A DNA stretch of 64,000 nt from Podospora anserina (Eukaryota). Every line of letters starts with the position of its first letter. Position 1 is the stretch's first letter. A program made the translations under genes and the position numbers. The stretch lies in assembly GCA_017654855.1 (NCBI GenBank), contig CM030336.1, forward strand, positions 1,178,001 to 1,242,000, read 5' to 3'. The notes beneath the pieces were generated by a model, which saw only the letters and a program-made list of their open reading frames with translations, was not told the origin of the DNA and searched no databases. Of this stretch, positions 39,201-49,649 are shown in pieces.

Positions 39201-41390
39201 TTTAGGTAAACTCGATTTATTACCGACTATATTATAATATTTAAAATAAATATATTTCGTAATATAATTAATAATAAAAGGTTAATATAATTATTCTATA
39301 ACGAGTTTAAGGAAGAAATTAAAGATAAACTATATTAAATAGAGTAATCGGAGATTATTAATAAATATATTATAATAGTAATCCGTATTAACGATTAATA
39401 ATATTAATATTATAAAAAGTATAAAGGTATACGCGTATAAAGACCTTACTACTTTAACGATAAGAGGAAGAGACGGCCGTACGGGACTTACGTTTCGGGG
39501 ACTATATACGTAAGGCCTATAAAAATCAATATTATTTAATAATAAAGGCCGTAAAATTAAAGTAAAAATAATCTTAAATATTTTAATTATGGTAAGGTAG
39601 AATACTTTAAGAGGAACTATAACGTATTTAAGTAATTCGGATAAAAAAAATCGTAGTAATTACTATATCGAAAAGACCGAAAAGTATAAAAGTTATAATT
39701 ATTGGATATCTATAAAGTAAAGTAAAGAACTATTATCGAATATATATATAAGAAAATACTAAGTATATTAAAGACGGAAAATAGGAAAAAGTTAAGCGAA
39801 TATAGTTAAAAGACTTTATATTACTAAATAATCCGGAGTAGGAAGATACTTGTAAACGATATAACTATTTAAAAAATAATTTACGGCTCTTTACGGGGGC
39901 CGTTAATCTTTAACGGATTACGAACGGTATTATCGAAAGTATTAATATAAAGCAAAAGTATAGGATAATAATCCGGTATTTATTAGCGAGGTCGCTACCG
40001 TATAAGGAGGAGGTAAGAAAAATAAATGCTTTTAAATTATAGTATATTAAAAAAATATTTAAGTAATAATATTAGTAAACGGAAGTATAGAAACGAATTT
40101 AATTTCGCTATAGTTCGTATATTAAACTAAAATACTATAAAAGAGAAAGAAAAAATAAATTTTTATATAAAAATTATTTTTAATATAAAAGATTTATAAA
40201 AAAATATTACTTTTAAATATTATAATTAAAAGAAAAATAATCTTAATTATATTTAATATGATAAATATAGGAGCCTCGAAAAATATAATCCTAAAGTAAT
40301 TATAATATAAAAACTATAACTTGAATATTAATTAAAAGGATAGTAATTACTTACAACTAAAAGAACTTTAAAAGTATTTAGCTAACAATAGGAAATTAAG
40401 TATATTTATAAAGTAGAGTGTAAGATAAGTACCCTCTACGGTACTACCGTAAAAAGTTTAAAAAGTAATAATATACTTTATTGATATAAGTAATAAAATC
40501 GAAGAAATAAGGTTAACGATATTAGTAGAGATATCGGAGATTAATAAATATATTTACTATAATAATATAGAAAAAAGCGAGAAAAAAGTAGTACCGGTAG
40601 AATATTAAGGATATTTAGCTTTTACGGCTAAATATTTAGAGGGACTTTTAGAGCGAGAACCATAAAACTATAAAATTAAATTAAAAGAAGGAACTAAGTT
40701 ACGGCTATTTAAGGTTTATTATATTAACGATAAATAAAATAAAGAATTACGGAAATATTTAAATAGAAATTTAAAAGAAAATATATTAAAGAGTTTATAT
40801 CGTTAATAAAATATCCTATATTCTTCGTACTAAAGAAGGATAGTAATTTACGACTATATATAGATTACCGCTAGTTAAATAATACAATAGTAAAAAATAA
40901 TTATTTACTACCGTTAATATTTAAATTATGGAGTTAATTAGTAAAGGTATAATACTTTATACATTTAAATATACCTATCGGGTATACCTATATATAGATT
41001 AAAGAAAGGGATAAATAGAAAATAATGTTTTATATATTTTATAGTTATTTTGAGTATTTCGTAATACTATTTAAGCTAATTAATACGCCTATAACGTTTT
41101 AATCTTTCGTTAACTATACGATCCGGAAATACCTCGATAAAATAATAATATACTATTTTAATAATATTTTTATTTACTTATATAGTTTAAAAAAATATAA
41201 GTAATATATATAAAAGATATTCGATACGCTATACGGAACTAGACTTTTAATTAATAAGAAAAAAAAAATTTTATGTATAAAAAAATATATTTAAAATATT
41301 TGATATTATTAAATAAAGTTTATATAAAATTTAAAAAAAATTATAGTAATAAAGGATTAACTTACGCTATAATTATAAATATACGTTAAG

Positions 41391-42034
41391 ATTAATGTGT
41401 GGGTACCACTAAGTGCCCTACTTACTGCCCTACAGATTGATATTACAGTGGGCAGTACTGCTATAAGTAGTAATGGAACTTCCCGGCTTAGATCCCTTTA
41501 GAATATTCTTTATAAGGGACCCTTAAAGGCTTACAGGGCTACTGTGGCCTAAAGCTTAGTTAATGGATACTAGAACCTTCCAAAGTAGCTACAGGCTTAC
41601 GTAGTAAATTGCTACAATAGTGTAATTTACAAGGCACCTCTACTACCGAAGGTTCTATGGATTTCTATAAGTCTACACTAGACCCACCTAAGCCCACCAA
41701 ATACCCCAAAGTGGTATAGGGGCTTCCAGGGCCTACAGGACCCACAGTAGGCCTACGAAGGCCTATATATAGACCTCTCCTCTCTCCTGTAGAGTAGTTC
41801 TCTTTCTTTCCTTAAGGGCAAAAGCTTAAGGCTAAGGCCAAAGGCCAAGGCCAAAGGCTAAAGCCAAGGGTAATAAAGGTAATTTTTATTTTTTATACTT
41901 TACTATATTACAGTGCTTTACCTTCCTTCGGCACTGCCGTTATATCCTCCCGCTTCCGCTTACGCACTGCTGTATTTTACAGTAAGCCTGTATAGGTTTT
42001 ATATTATAGGCCTATCAGGGCTTACCAGCTAACA
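41391..42034 (+). mobile_element. Solo LTR of the Copia E family, without matching TSD
   Basis: Reverse-complement match to 5486-6119; ends ...CCAGCTAACA. Its flanks come from different elements (F pol on the left, G gag on the right). Confidence 0.88.
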
Positions 42035-44236
42035 ATAACGAACACTAATCGCTATAACTTTTACTATCCCTAATCCCTCCGTTAAATATAACCGTTTCCT
42101 TAAAAATAATAACGCTTCTCTTAAAAATACCCCCGCCGTCGAAGAAATAACCCCTCCCGCTAAAAATAATAATAACGCTTCCGACGAAAAAAATTATAAC
42201 TTTAATAATATCGTAAATAAACTCGACGCCCTCGCTAAAAAACTTTTTAGTATAGAAACGGTTATGAAAAATAAAAATAATTTTAAGGACTTTAAAGATA
42301 AAATTAAGCGCCTATAAATTACCGTCCGAAGTACGACCCGCGATAATACCTTTAAGATAGCCGCTAAGGTCAGTAAGCCTCTTGTTTTTATCAGAAATAA
42401 ATAGGAATTCCCGCCTTAATTATTATATTTTAAAACTAACCTTCGTCTATATAGTATTACCGACCCCGAATTTTAACTCTTATATATTGTAACGAACCCC
42501 TATACAGAACCTCTAAAAGGGATACTGGTTAAAGGCTACTTTCTGACAATTGGTTCGGTGCAGCTAAATAGTGCACAACAAGATGTCTCAATGTAAACAC
42601 AAGATACCGTGAATATAAGCTGTGAATTGCATACTGCAGAACTATCTATCTACACTAGCCAGTTCCTCCGTATATATAGACCCAGTGCTAAGCCTGGCAC
42701 TGTCCTGGATCGATAGACTCGACCATCGATCCTATCGATACTGTCCCTTTTGGGACTGACTCCCCTGGATCGATCCTCGATTCCATTGATCCTGTTCTGA
42801 TTGGTCCGTGGTGCGCCCCTCGCCCCACCAAGTGTCATTGGTCCGTGGTGCGCCCCGCGCCCCACTAAGTGTCAAGCCGTGACATATACCGTTAGTTTCT
42901 TTAAAGGAAACTTTAAATAATAATTTAATAAAATTCTTAAGAATTATTTTAAGTATACGGAGGATAAACGTAAACTCTTTATATAAAAGCTTTTCGATAT
43001 GAGATTAGTTAAGTTCGAGGAAATTAAAAAAATATATAGTAAACCCGACGAGGAAAAGGTAGCCGAGGATCGACTCGAACGACTTATATAAATTACTTTA
43101 TCCTCGACTTACGTAATATTCCTTTACCGAAATATATTTAGGGTTAATTAGGCAGATATTACTTTAAAGAATAAATTTTATAAAGGCTTAAAGCTTTAGG
43201 TTAAGGACGAACTTATTAATAAGGACCGATACGTACTTACCCTCGATAAATATATTAATAAAACTATTATCGTCGATAACCGATTCTATAAGCGATTTAT
43301 AGAAAATAAAAGAGTTTATTATAACCCTTAAATTCCTAAAGTTAATATTAAAAAGAAATATAAATATAAAGTATTTTATAAGGAACTTATTTAAAATTAA
43401 TAAATATCGGAGTAGTATAGTACGGTAAAGGTTAATAACAAAAATACAGTAATAAACCTAAAAATAAGTTTAAAGTTAAATACTTTAATTATAATAAAAT
43501 AGGATACTTTATACGAGAATATCGTTTATTAAAGAAGTTTAAACTAGTACTTAAAACTAAATTAATTTAATTCGCGGATATTAACCGCGTCGTTAAAATA
43601 ATATATCGCGAAAACGGTAACCCCCTCCACTAATTATTAACGGACGTTATAATAAAAAACCTTATATCGTATATACCTATAGGAACGATTTAAAAATAAT
43701 TTATTTATATAATAAATTACGCTTAAATCCTACTTATAAGCCTAGCTTTAAAAGAATTTCTACGACTAACGATTAAAAACGAAAATTTATTAATAAGAAA
43801 CGACTATCCGTTAGGCGGAGCCGAGTAGGTAAAAAGAAAAAGTAAGAGAACTATAGAAATAGGAATCTCCACCGACGACAATTATATAGAATTAAAATTA
43901 GAGCTAGAAAATAACCCTATTTTATAAGTATATAGGGCAGGGTTAAAAGAAAATTAAAATTACGGAATAATAACGGAAGGAAAATATATATTTATTGTAG
44001 AAACTATAATCCCTACGGAATATTAAAACAAAAATACTCTGGATTTTAAGGACTATATATACGCTTAGTGCGCCCGTTACTGCCGTACGAAGGTAAGAGA
44101 CTAATATAAATAACAAAATTAAGTAAAGAATAATAAAAAGGCTAATAAGGAAGCTACGTAGTCGATAAGCCACCTAAGATATAGCTTCCCCTACGAGGTT
44201 TATAGAGAATACGGAACACTCGAGGAACTCGCTAAC
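42035..44236 (+). mobile_element. RIP-ed Gypsy gag remnant G
   Basis: Retrotransposon gag-like FYKGLK..VKDEL (~43177-43215) and a CX2CX4HX4C knuckle (C)FN(C)NKIG(H)F.RE(C)R at ~43481-43525. Confidence 0.7.
42488..42884 (-). mobile_element. Solo LTR (crapaud-like conserved half, GATCGA-rich U3)
   Basis: TG...CA ends. TSD TATAT/TATAC (one C>T). Shares the conserved half with the B, C, D and F LTRs. Confidence 0.9.
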
Positions 44237-44619
44237 TGTGACGAACCCCTGTACAGAACCTTTAAAAGGGATACGGGTTAAAGGTAACTTCTAACAATTA
44301 GTTCGGTGCAGCTAAATAGTATATAACAAAATGTTTTAATATAAATATAAGATACCGTAAATATAACTGTGGATTGTATACTGCGGAACTATTTATCTAC
44401 ACTAGCTAGTTCCTCCGTATATATAGACCTAGTGCTAAGCCTGGCACTGTTCTAGATCGATGGACTCGACCATCGATCCTATCGATACTGTCCCTTTTGG
44501 GATTGACTCTCTTAGATCGATCCTCGATCCCAATGATCCTGTTCTGATTAGTCCTTATCCCTGTGCTAACAATTAGTCCGTGGTGCGCCCCGCGCCCCAC
44601 TAAGTGTTAAGTCGTGACA
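44237..44619 (-). mobile_element. LTR at the cluster edge, same U3 type as 42488-42884, no TSD
   Basis: Runs TGTGAC...GTGACA. Flanks CTAAC and GGAGT do not match. Confidence 0.88.
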
Positions 44620-45326
44620 GGAGTGTAAGAAATATAGCCGGATAGTAGTAGTATAGGGGGGTCTTATATAATAGTTCGGTGCTGTAATATATGCGGCAAG
44701 CCTAGCTATAACGCGGGTATTTACTAGGAGGCTGGAGAATTATCTGATATATCTATTGTAGAGGAAATTGTAGTTAGTTATTAGTGTTATATATAGTAAT
44801 TAAGGATAGTTATTAGTTGGTAGTAGAGAACCTACGGCTCGCTTGTACCCACGACTCGCTTATAAAATACGTTATTGATAAACTCAAGTCTTTTCCAAGT
44901 CAATCAGAAATACAACCTTCAGCCTCAAGGCTATATTCGGTGCCAAATCTAGACAGTTGGATTGAGGCACGAAATTGACGTGATGAAACTGTTTGGTAAA
45001 ACGAAGTATCGAAACACCGGAGCGTCCGATGTCCATACATGGATATACTCCATGACCAGGAAGTTGTAGTCCAACTGCAAATTTCACCCAAGCCCTGCTC
45101 CCACCTTGAATGAGTGCAACCGTCGATCCTACAATTTGTATTTGCTCGGTTTAGCCTTACATTCATCCGCAAACACACTTGTGATCGTCAACATTTCCAA
45201 CAATAAGGAACGTGAATAGGTCGGAGGATAATACCATGAGTTGTGAGTCTCTTCAAAGGCCCACTTTAGAGTGCCTTCTCCTGCGTGAATGTAAACTTCC
45301 TTGTGCTTCCTTTCCTGTTGTAGCAA

Positions 45327-45873
45327 ATGGTCATCAAGAAGACCACCAAGCAACAACTACATCAAGAGAACAAACCAAACACACCTTTGAGCAACCAGAA
45401 AGGACACCCATCTACCAAGCCAAAACAAAAGGGTAAGCATCTCACTTATCTGATGTAGCCTTGAACACGCAACCTGACAAAAAGAATCGGAAAAGCCACT
45501 CCCGCACCACGTGCCCATCAAAATGACTCTTGACCATCTCACCCTTCGACCCGTCATTCCTTTGGCCCTATACCAATCAAAAGAGGACAAAAAGCAGCCG
45601 GAAAAGCCCCACACACTTGCGGACTTGGTGGCTGAGAGTGAGCCCTTGCCAGTGAGCACTCTTCAGAAGATACCCACCCCCCTTCTCCCTCGCCCCATTG
45701 GCACGCCCAGGATTTCGACATTACGGCTGCCTCCGGGCTTCGAGCACTTATTTTCCACAGAGGCAGCGGATAAGCGCTATGCGGACCAGGTCACAGCTGG
45801 CGGCACCGCTGGCGAGCGCGCTTCAAGATCCCAGAAAAAACGCGCAAAATTTTGCACTCGAATTTTGCTTTAG
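45327..45873 (+). CDS. Hypothetical 164-aa Lys/Pro-rich protein (exons 45327-45432, 45485-45873)
   Basis: GCAAATGG start context. The intron GTAAGC..CTGAC..AAG joins MVIKKTTKQQ...KPKQK-E in frame to the 45511-45873 ORF. No recognisable domain. Confidence 0.5.
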
Positions 45874-47624
45874 GATGGAGGTGGCCGAACGGACTTTTTC
45901 CTTCTTCGTGGAGCGGAGGATGGTTGGGGTGAAAAGGCGACGCGATACAGGGCGTAGAGCAAACTGAAATATATCATCCAGTAACCAGCGACAGCGAATT
46001 GTTGCTCTTGAATCAGGTGTCGATACATGTAGTGCAGGTTGGACGAGTGACCTTGTTCAGCCTCGGGTTGTCAAGTCTTGTGGTAAGGCCCAAGCATTGT
46101 CCGGTTGCTGGTCCCCGCCGCGTGGCTCCCGACTCTTGCGCTCCTATCAACAAACAGGCCAATCAAGTGGGCAGTTCTCCTTCCTGAAAGTCTAAGATGC
46201 GGGGAACTGCTACTGCTGCCTCGCCATGATTCCTTACTTTTTCCCCCTCAACAGATAATCAAGAGTTTCATCAAGTCAAGTTGATATCCTCCAGTTTGCC
46301 GCGTCCGATATGACCTCACATCACATGAACTTGTCCCCATACTTTGCGCAGTTTGCATGAGCATTTTCCAGACACCGAGCTCTCGGGAGTCGACATCGAT
46401 CCCGTAATCTTGGCTTCTTCCTAAGGCTGAAGGGGTAGTGCAAGAACGTAACGGTTGTCATGGTCTAACACAACCTTCATTCTATGAGTTAAGTGAGGCC
46501 TCAACACGATCATTCTGAAAACTCATGAATTGGAACCCTATCTCTACTGGAAGTAAGTAGTCGGGGGATCCGGCTTCATAGTTCTGCGGTGATCAGCGCC
46601 ATGTTACACAGACAGCTGAGTGGCTTCAGTCGTTGGACCTGTTTCTTCGGCACTTGCACGGCGCAAGTCCATTCGGCATGCCCCGCAAATCAAATTGTGT
46701 CGAGTGGCTTTGCTTGTGTACCCGAGCACGGCATGTTGAAAGATGATGACATGCAGCAATTCTGTGGGACTTTGATCCAGTTCAGTTACACTGTTGTATC
46801 CAACGATGCCCCTATTTTCATCGAGGCTAGACATGTTGTGTCCATGGTCGCCTCGTCTCAGGGGCCTGGTTTTGGCGTCACTCACCCTGTTGAAAGTAAC
46901 ATCACTTCGGCATCTCTTCTGGGGTTGAAGATGTGTACTGTGATCCCAGAATGGACTCTCCTCGTTTCTCGGAGCCGAAGGCAGGAGTATCATCACAAGT
47001 GCTTATATTCTAGTCGAGTTTGAGGTATGATCAACCCATCTACCGAGCGGCGCAGCTACGAACAGCTCAAGAGGATTTCCACACCAATGGAGATATCACA
47101 AGTCCGGTGCATTCGGACCCACGACTGCCCATAACCCGGAGGGGAACTAACTGCTCTGTCCATCACCAAAAAATATCAGCCAATGAGACCTACACCCAAC
47201 CCACCCCCCCTAGGCCTCACAGCGGTGATTACACCAGGGAAAGATGGACGTGTAGAAAGCCAACTGCATGTTTCACCTCCACACATTGGCCCCCCGAGCA
47301 CATGGCTGTCGTGCTTCGGTACCGATTATCCCTGCGTCTAGGGGCAACCTTTCTGGTCATTGGTGTCGTGAAGGTCTGGTCCGGGCCGCTGCCGAGCCAC
47401 ATATCTGCTTCCCAGGCTGAGTTTTGTGTTTCCAGTCAGTACTCCTCATAGAGATGGCGACTTTATAAAGACACCGTTTTGCCTTGCCAAGAGGATCAGG
47501 GATTCCTTCCTGCTTACCTTCCTTGTCATGGCCTTGTCAAGACCCTGGATCTTCTAAGATCCTTCAAACTGCCTTTACATCACTTACAACAGAGGATTAG
47601 TCCTTTAGACCTGGGCTCTTCACA

Positions 47625-48777
47625 ATGATTTCCCAGAACTTCATCCCACAGTTCCTCCTACCACGACACACCACCCCCAGCCCCTCAACCAAGCCCCCAG
47701 ACTCCTCCTCAACCGAATACTGCGATCTCAAAGCCCTCGGTCTCCTCCCTCCAGAATACCCCATCCCCGACGGCGGCCCCACCGTCTCCCGCACCATCTG
47801 GTCCTTCCTCGCCTTCTCAACCGTATTCCTGTTCCTCCGCATCTACTGCAAGAAATGGCGCTCCCGCGGCCTCTGGTGGGACGACTACGTCCTCATCTTC
47901 AGCTGGCTCATGTTCATAGCCTGCGCCGTCATCTGCCAACTAGTCACCAACCTCGGCTTCGGCCGCTACCCCTGTGACATCCCCCCCTCCCACCACCCCA
48001 CCATCGCCTTCGTGGGCGCCACTCTTGGGTCTTGCATCACCATCCTCACCATTGTGTGGTCCAAGACGTCATTCGCCATAACCATCCTCCGATTGTCACC
48101 TTCCGGTAGCGTCCTTCGGAACATTGCTTGGTTTGTGCTGGTTAGTATGAACACGCTCATGATTGTCCAGGCGGTGGTCGTCTGGGTGAAGTGTAACCCA
48201 ATCAGTAAGAACTGGGATCTTAGTAATGAGGGAACCTGCTGGGATGTGCATGCCACGAATTACTATGGGGTTTTCTGCGGGGTGTACAGCGGGGTGTGTG
48301 ATATTGTGCTGGTGCTGTTGCCGTGGAGGTTGGTTTGGGGGTTGCAGATGAGGAAGAAGGAGAAGTTAGGTGTTGTGGTGGGGATGAGTATGGGGGTTGT
48401 GTAAGTGATATTCCGGTTGAGATCTCCTATGAAGATTTGTCTGACCATGTGTTGAACAGGGCTGGAGTCTGGGCTTTTATCAAGTCGTCCAAGTTGGTGT
48501 TGTTGGGGTCGAAGAACTTTACCTGTGAGTACCACGTATCCGTTATCATCGAGGTTAACGCTCATAAACGATAGACGAGGGCTGCCTCCTGTTGATCTGG
48601 ACGTCGGCTGAGATAGGAACAACCATCATGGCGAGCTGCATTCCTGTGTTGCGAGTGCTGTTCAAGGAGCTGCACGACAATCATGTCGAGAAGCAGAACA
48701 GTAAGGAGACTGCAGACTCGATGAACTCCCAGCAGCCATTGTCGTGGCCATCTTCACGAGCACACTCGGCAGTATGA
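47625..48777 (+). CDS. PTH11-like (fungal rhodopsin-domain) integral membrane protein; exons 47625-48400, 48460-48524, 48575-48777
   Basis: Motifs LRIY..GLWWDDY, WSKTSFAITILRL, C.PISKNWD, D..LVLLPW..VW.LQM..KEK, W...E....IMASCIPVLR. Both GT-AG introns keep frame. Confidence 0.9.
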
Positions 48778-48837
48778 CGGGGAGAAGAAGAGAGTGTACA
48801 TAAAATGATTGTATTAGGTTGTAATTATGCGCCCTGC

Positions 48838-49068
48838 TTATTTGTCCTTATTTACATCTTGCGACCCTTGTGTGATGGGACTGCGACGCCCAGAAGCAGC
48901 TTGTTGTTTAGCGGCTCTCTCTTTGGCCATCTGAATCCTGAGTCCGCAGTTAGCAAGTCGACTGCAAGCAAATGAACCGGTATTGAAATTTAAAACCTAC
49001 TCCTTCTTGCGAATGTACTCGTTCTCCAGCGCCTTCTCGCGGTCTGACAGGGGATTATTGGCATCCAT
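48838..49068 (-). CDS. 55-aa spliced microprotein with an IF1/ATPase-inhibitor-like motif; exons 49068-49001, 48937-48838
   Basis: MDANNPLSDREKALENEYIRKKE-IQMAKERAAKQQAASGRRSPITQGSQDVNKDK*. 63-nt intron GTAGGT..GCTAAC..CAG. Not in the ORF track. Confidence 0.7.
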
Positions 49069-49649
49069 ACTGAGCGAGAATGTTGGTAAGTGTTCTGTAG
49101 TGGAAAATCGTGTGAAAGAAAGATTGCGACAGGAAAGCTTTTTCAGCAGAATAGTTTAAGAAATAAGGGGCCTGGGGTTGAGAAGCCTCATGATGGTGGG
49201 GTGAAGGGATGACGTCAGTTGTGCCTCATGAGCAGCTGTTGATGTCTGTGGGTTAGGGTTGTTTACTGCCTGTGGTCTCCCTGGACGCACTACTACACCA
49301 TCATGGAACGACAGATCATATCCTACTTGAACTGTCAGCTGAATCCCAAGCTAGAATCTCACCACCTGCAACAGAAGAGGGGTGGTTACCATCGGGCCAA
49401 AGGACAAGCCGCCAAACGACGCACAACACCCCGCAAAATGGCGCTCACGATCTTATCAGAAGTGGGTCTGTCGCAACAACCGAACGATGCCTCTTCAAAG
49501 AGACCCTCATGACCGAGGTTCGGCCACCTCCCGGCACTTCAAATCCACGCGCCTGACCCCGGTGTGGTTCGATTTCATATAGTATCCTTCCTCGACATGT
49601 CCCGATCCATCTGAAGCCATTCTTCCCACCGATACCCTACGCGCTCACC

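Larger units (their letters stand above)
18996..41390 (+). mobile_element. Chromovirus-type Gypsy element F (5' LTR 18996-19364; gag split by element A; cut in pol by a Copia LTR)
   Basis: LTR runs TGTTAC...GGTTCGTTATA. gag reads through 19891/39176 once the GTAG TSD is removed, colinear with B gag at ~23800-23860. Zn knuckle ~39580, RT ~41150. Confidence 0.85.
1..44619. repeat. AT-rich, RIP-mutated nested LTR retrotransposon cluster (heterochromatin-like block, continues left of the window)
   Basis: CpA/TpG are visibly depleted and TpA is in excess. gag/pol motifs are readable only after reversing C>T/G>A changes. Multiple LTR pairs with TSDs; no intact cellular genes. Confidence 0.95.

Noticed and set aside
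42650-42865. MGRGAHH... ORFs (also 44406-44600)
   Set aside because: Chance GTG-start frames within solo-LTR U3 repeats.
45999-47451. Several 60-145 aa ORFs on both strands
   Set aside because: No motifs or convincing splice model found by eye. Left unannotated, though a degenerate gene cannot be excluded.
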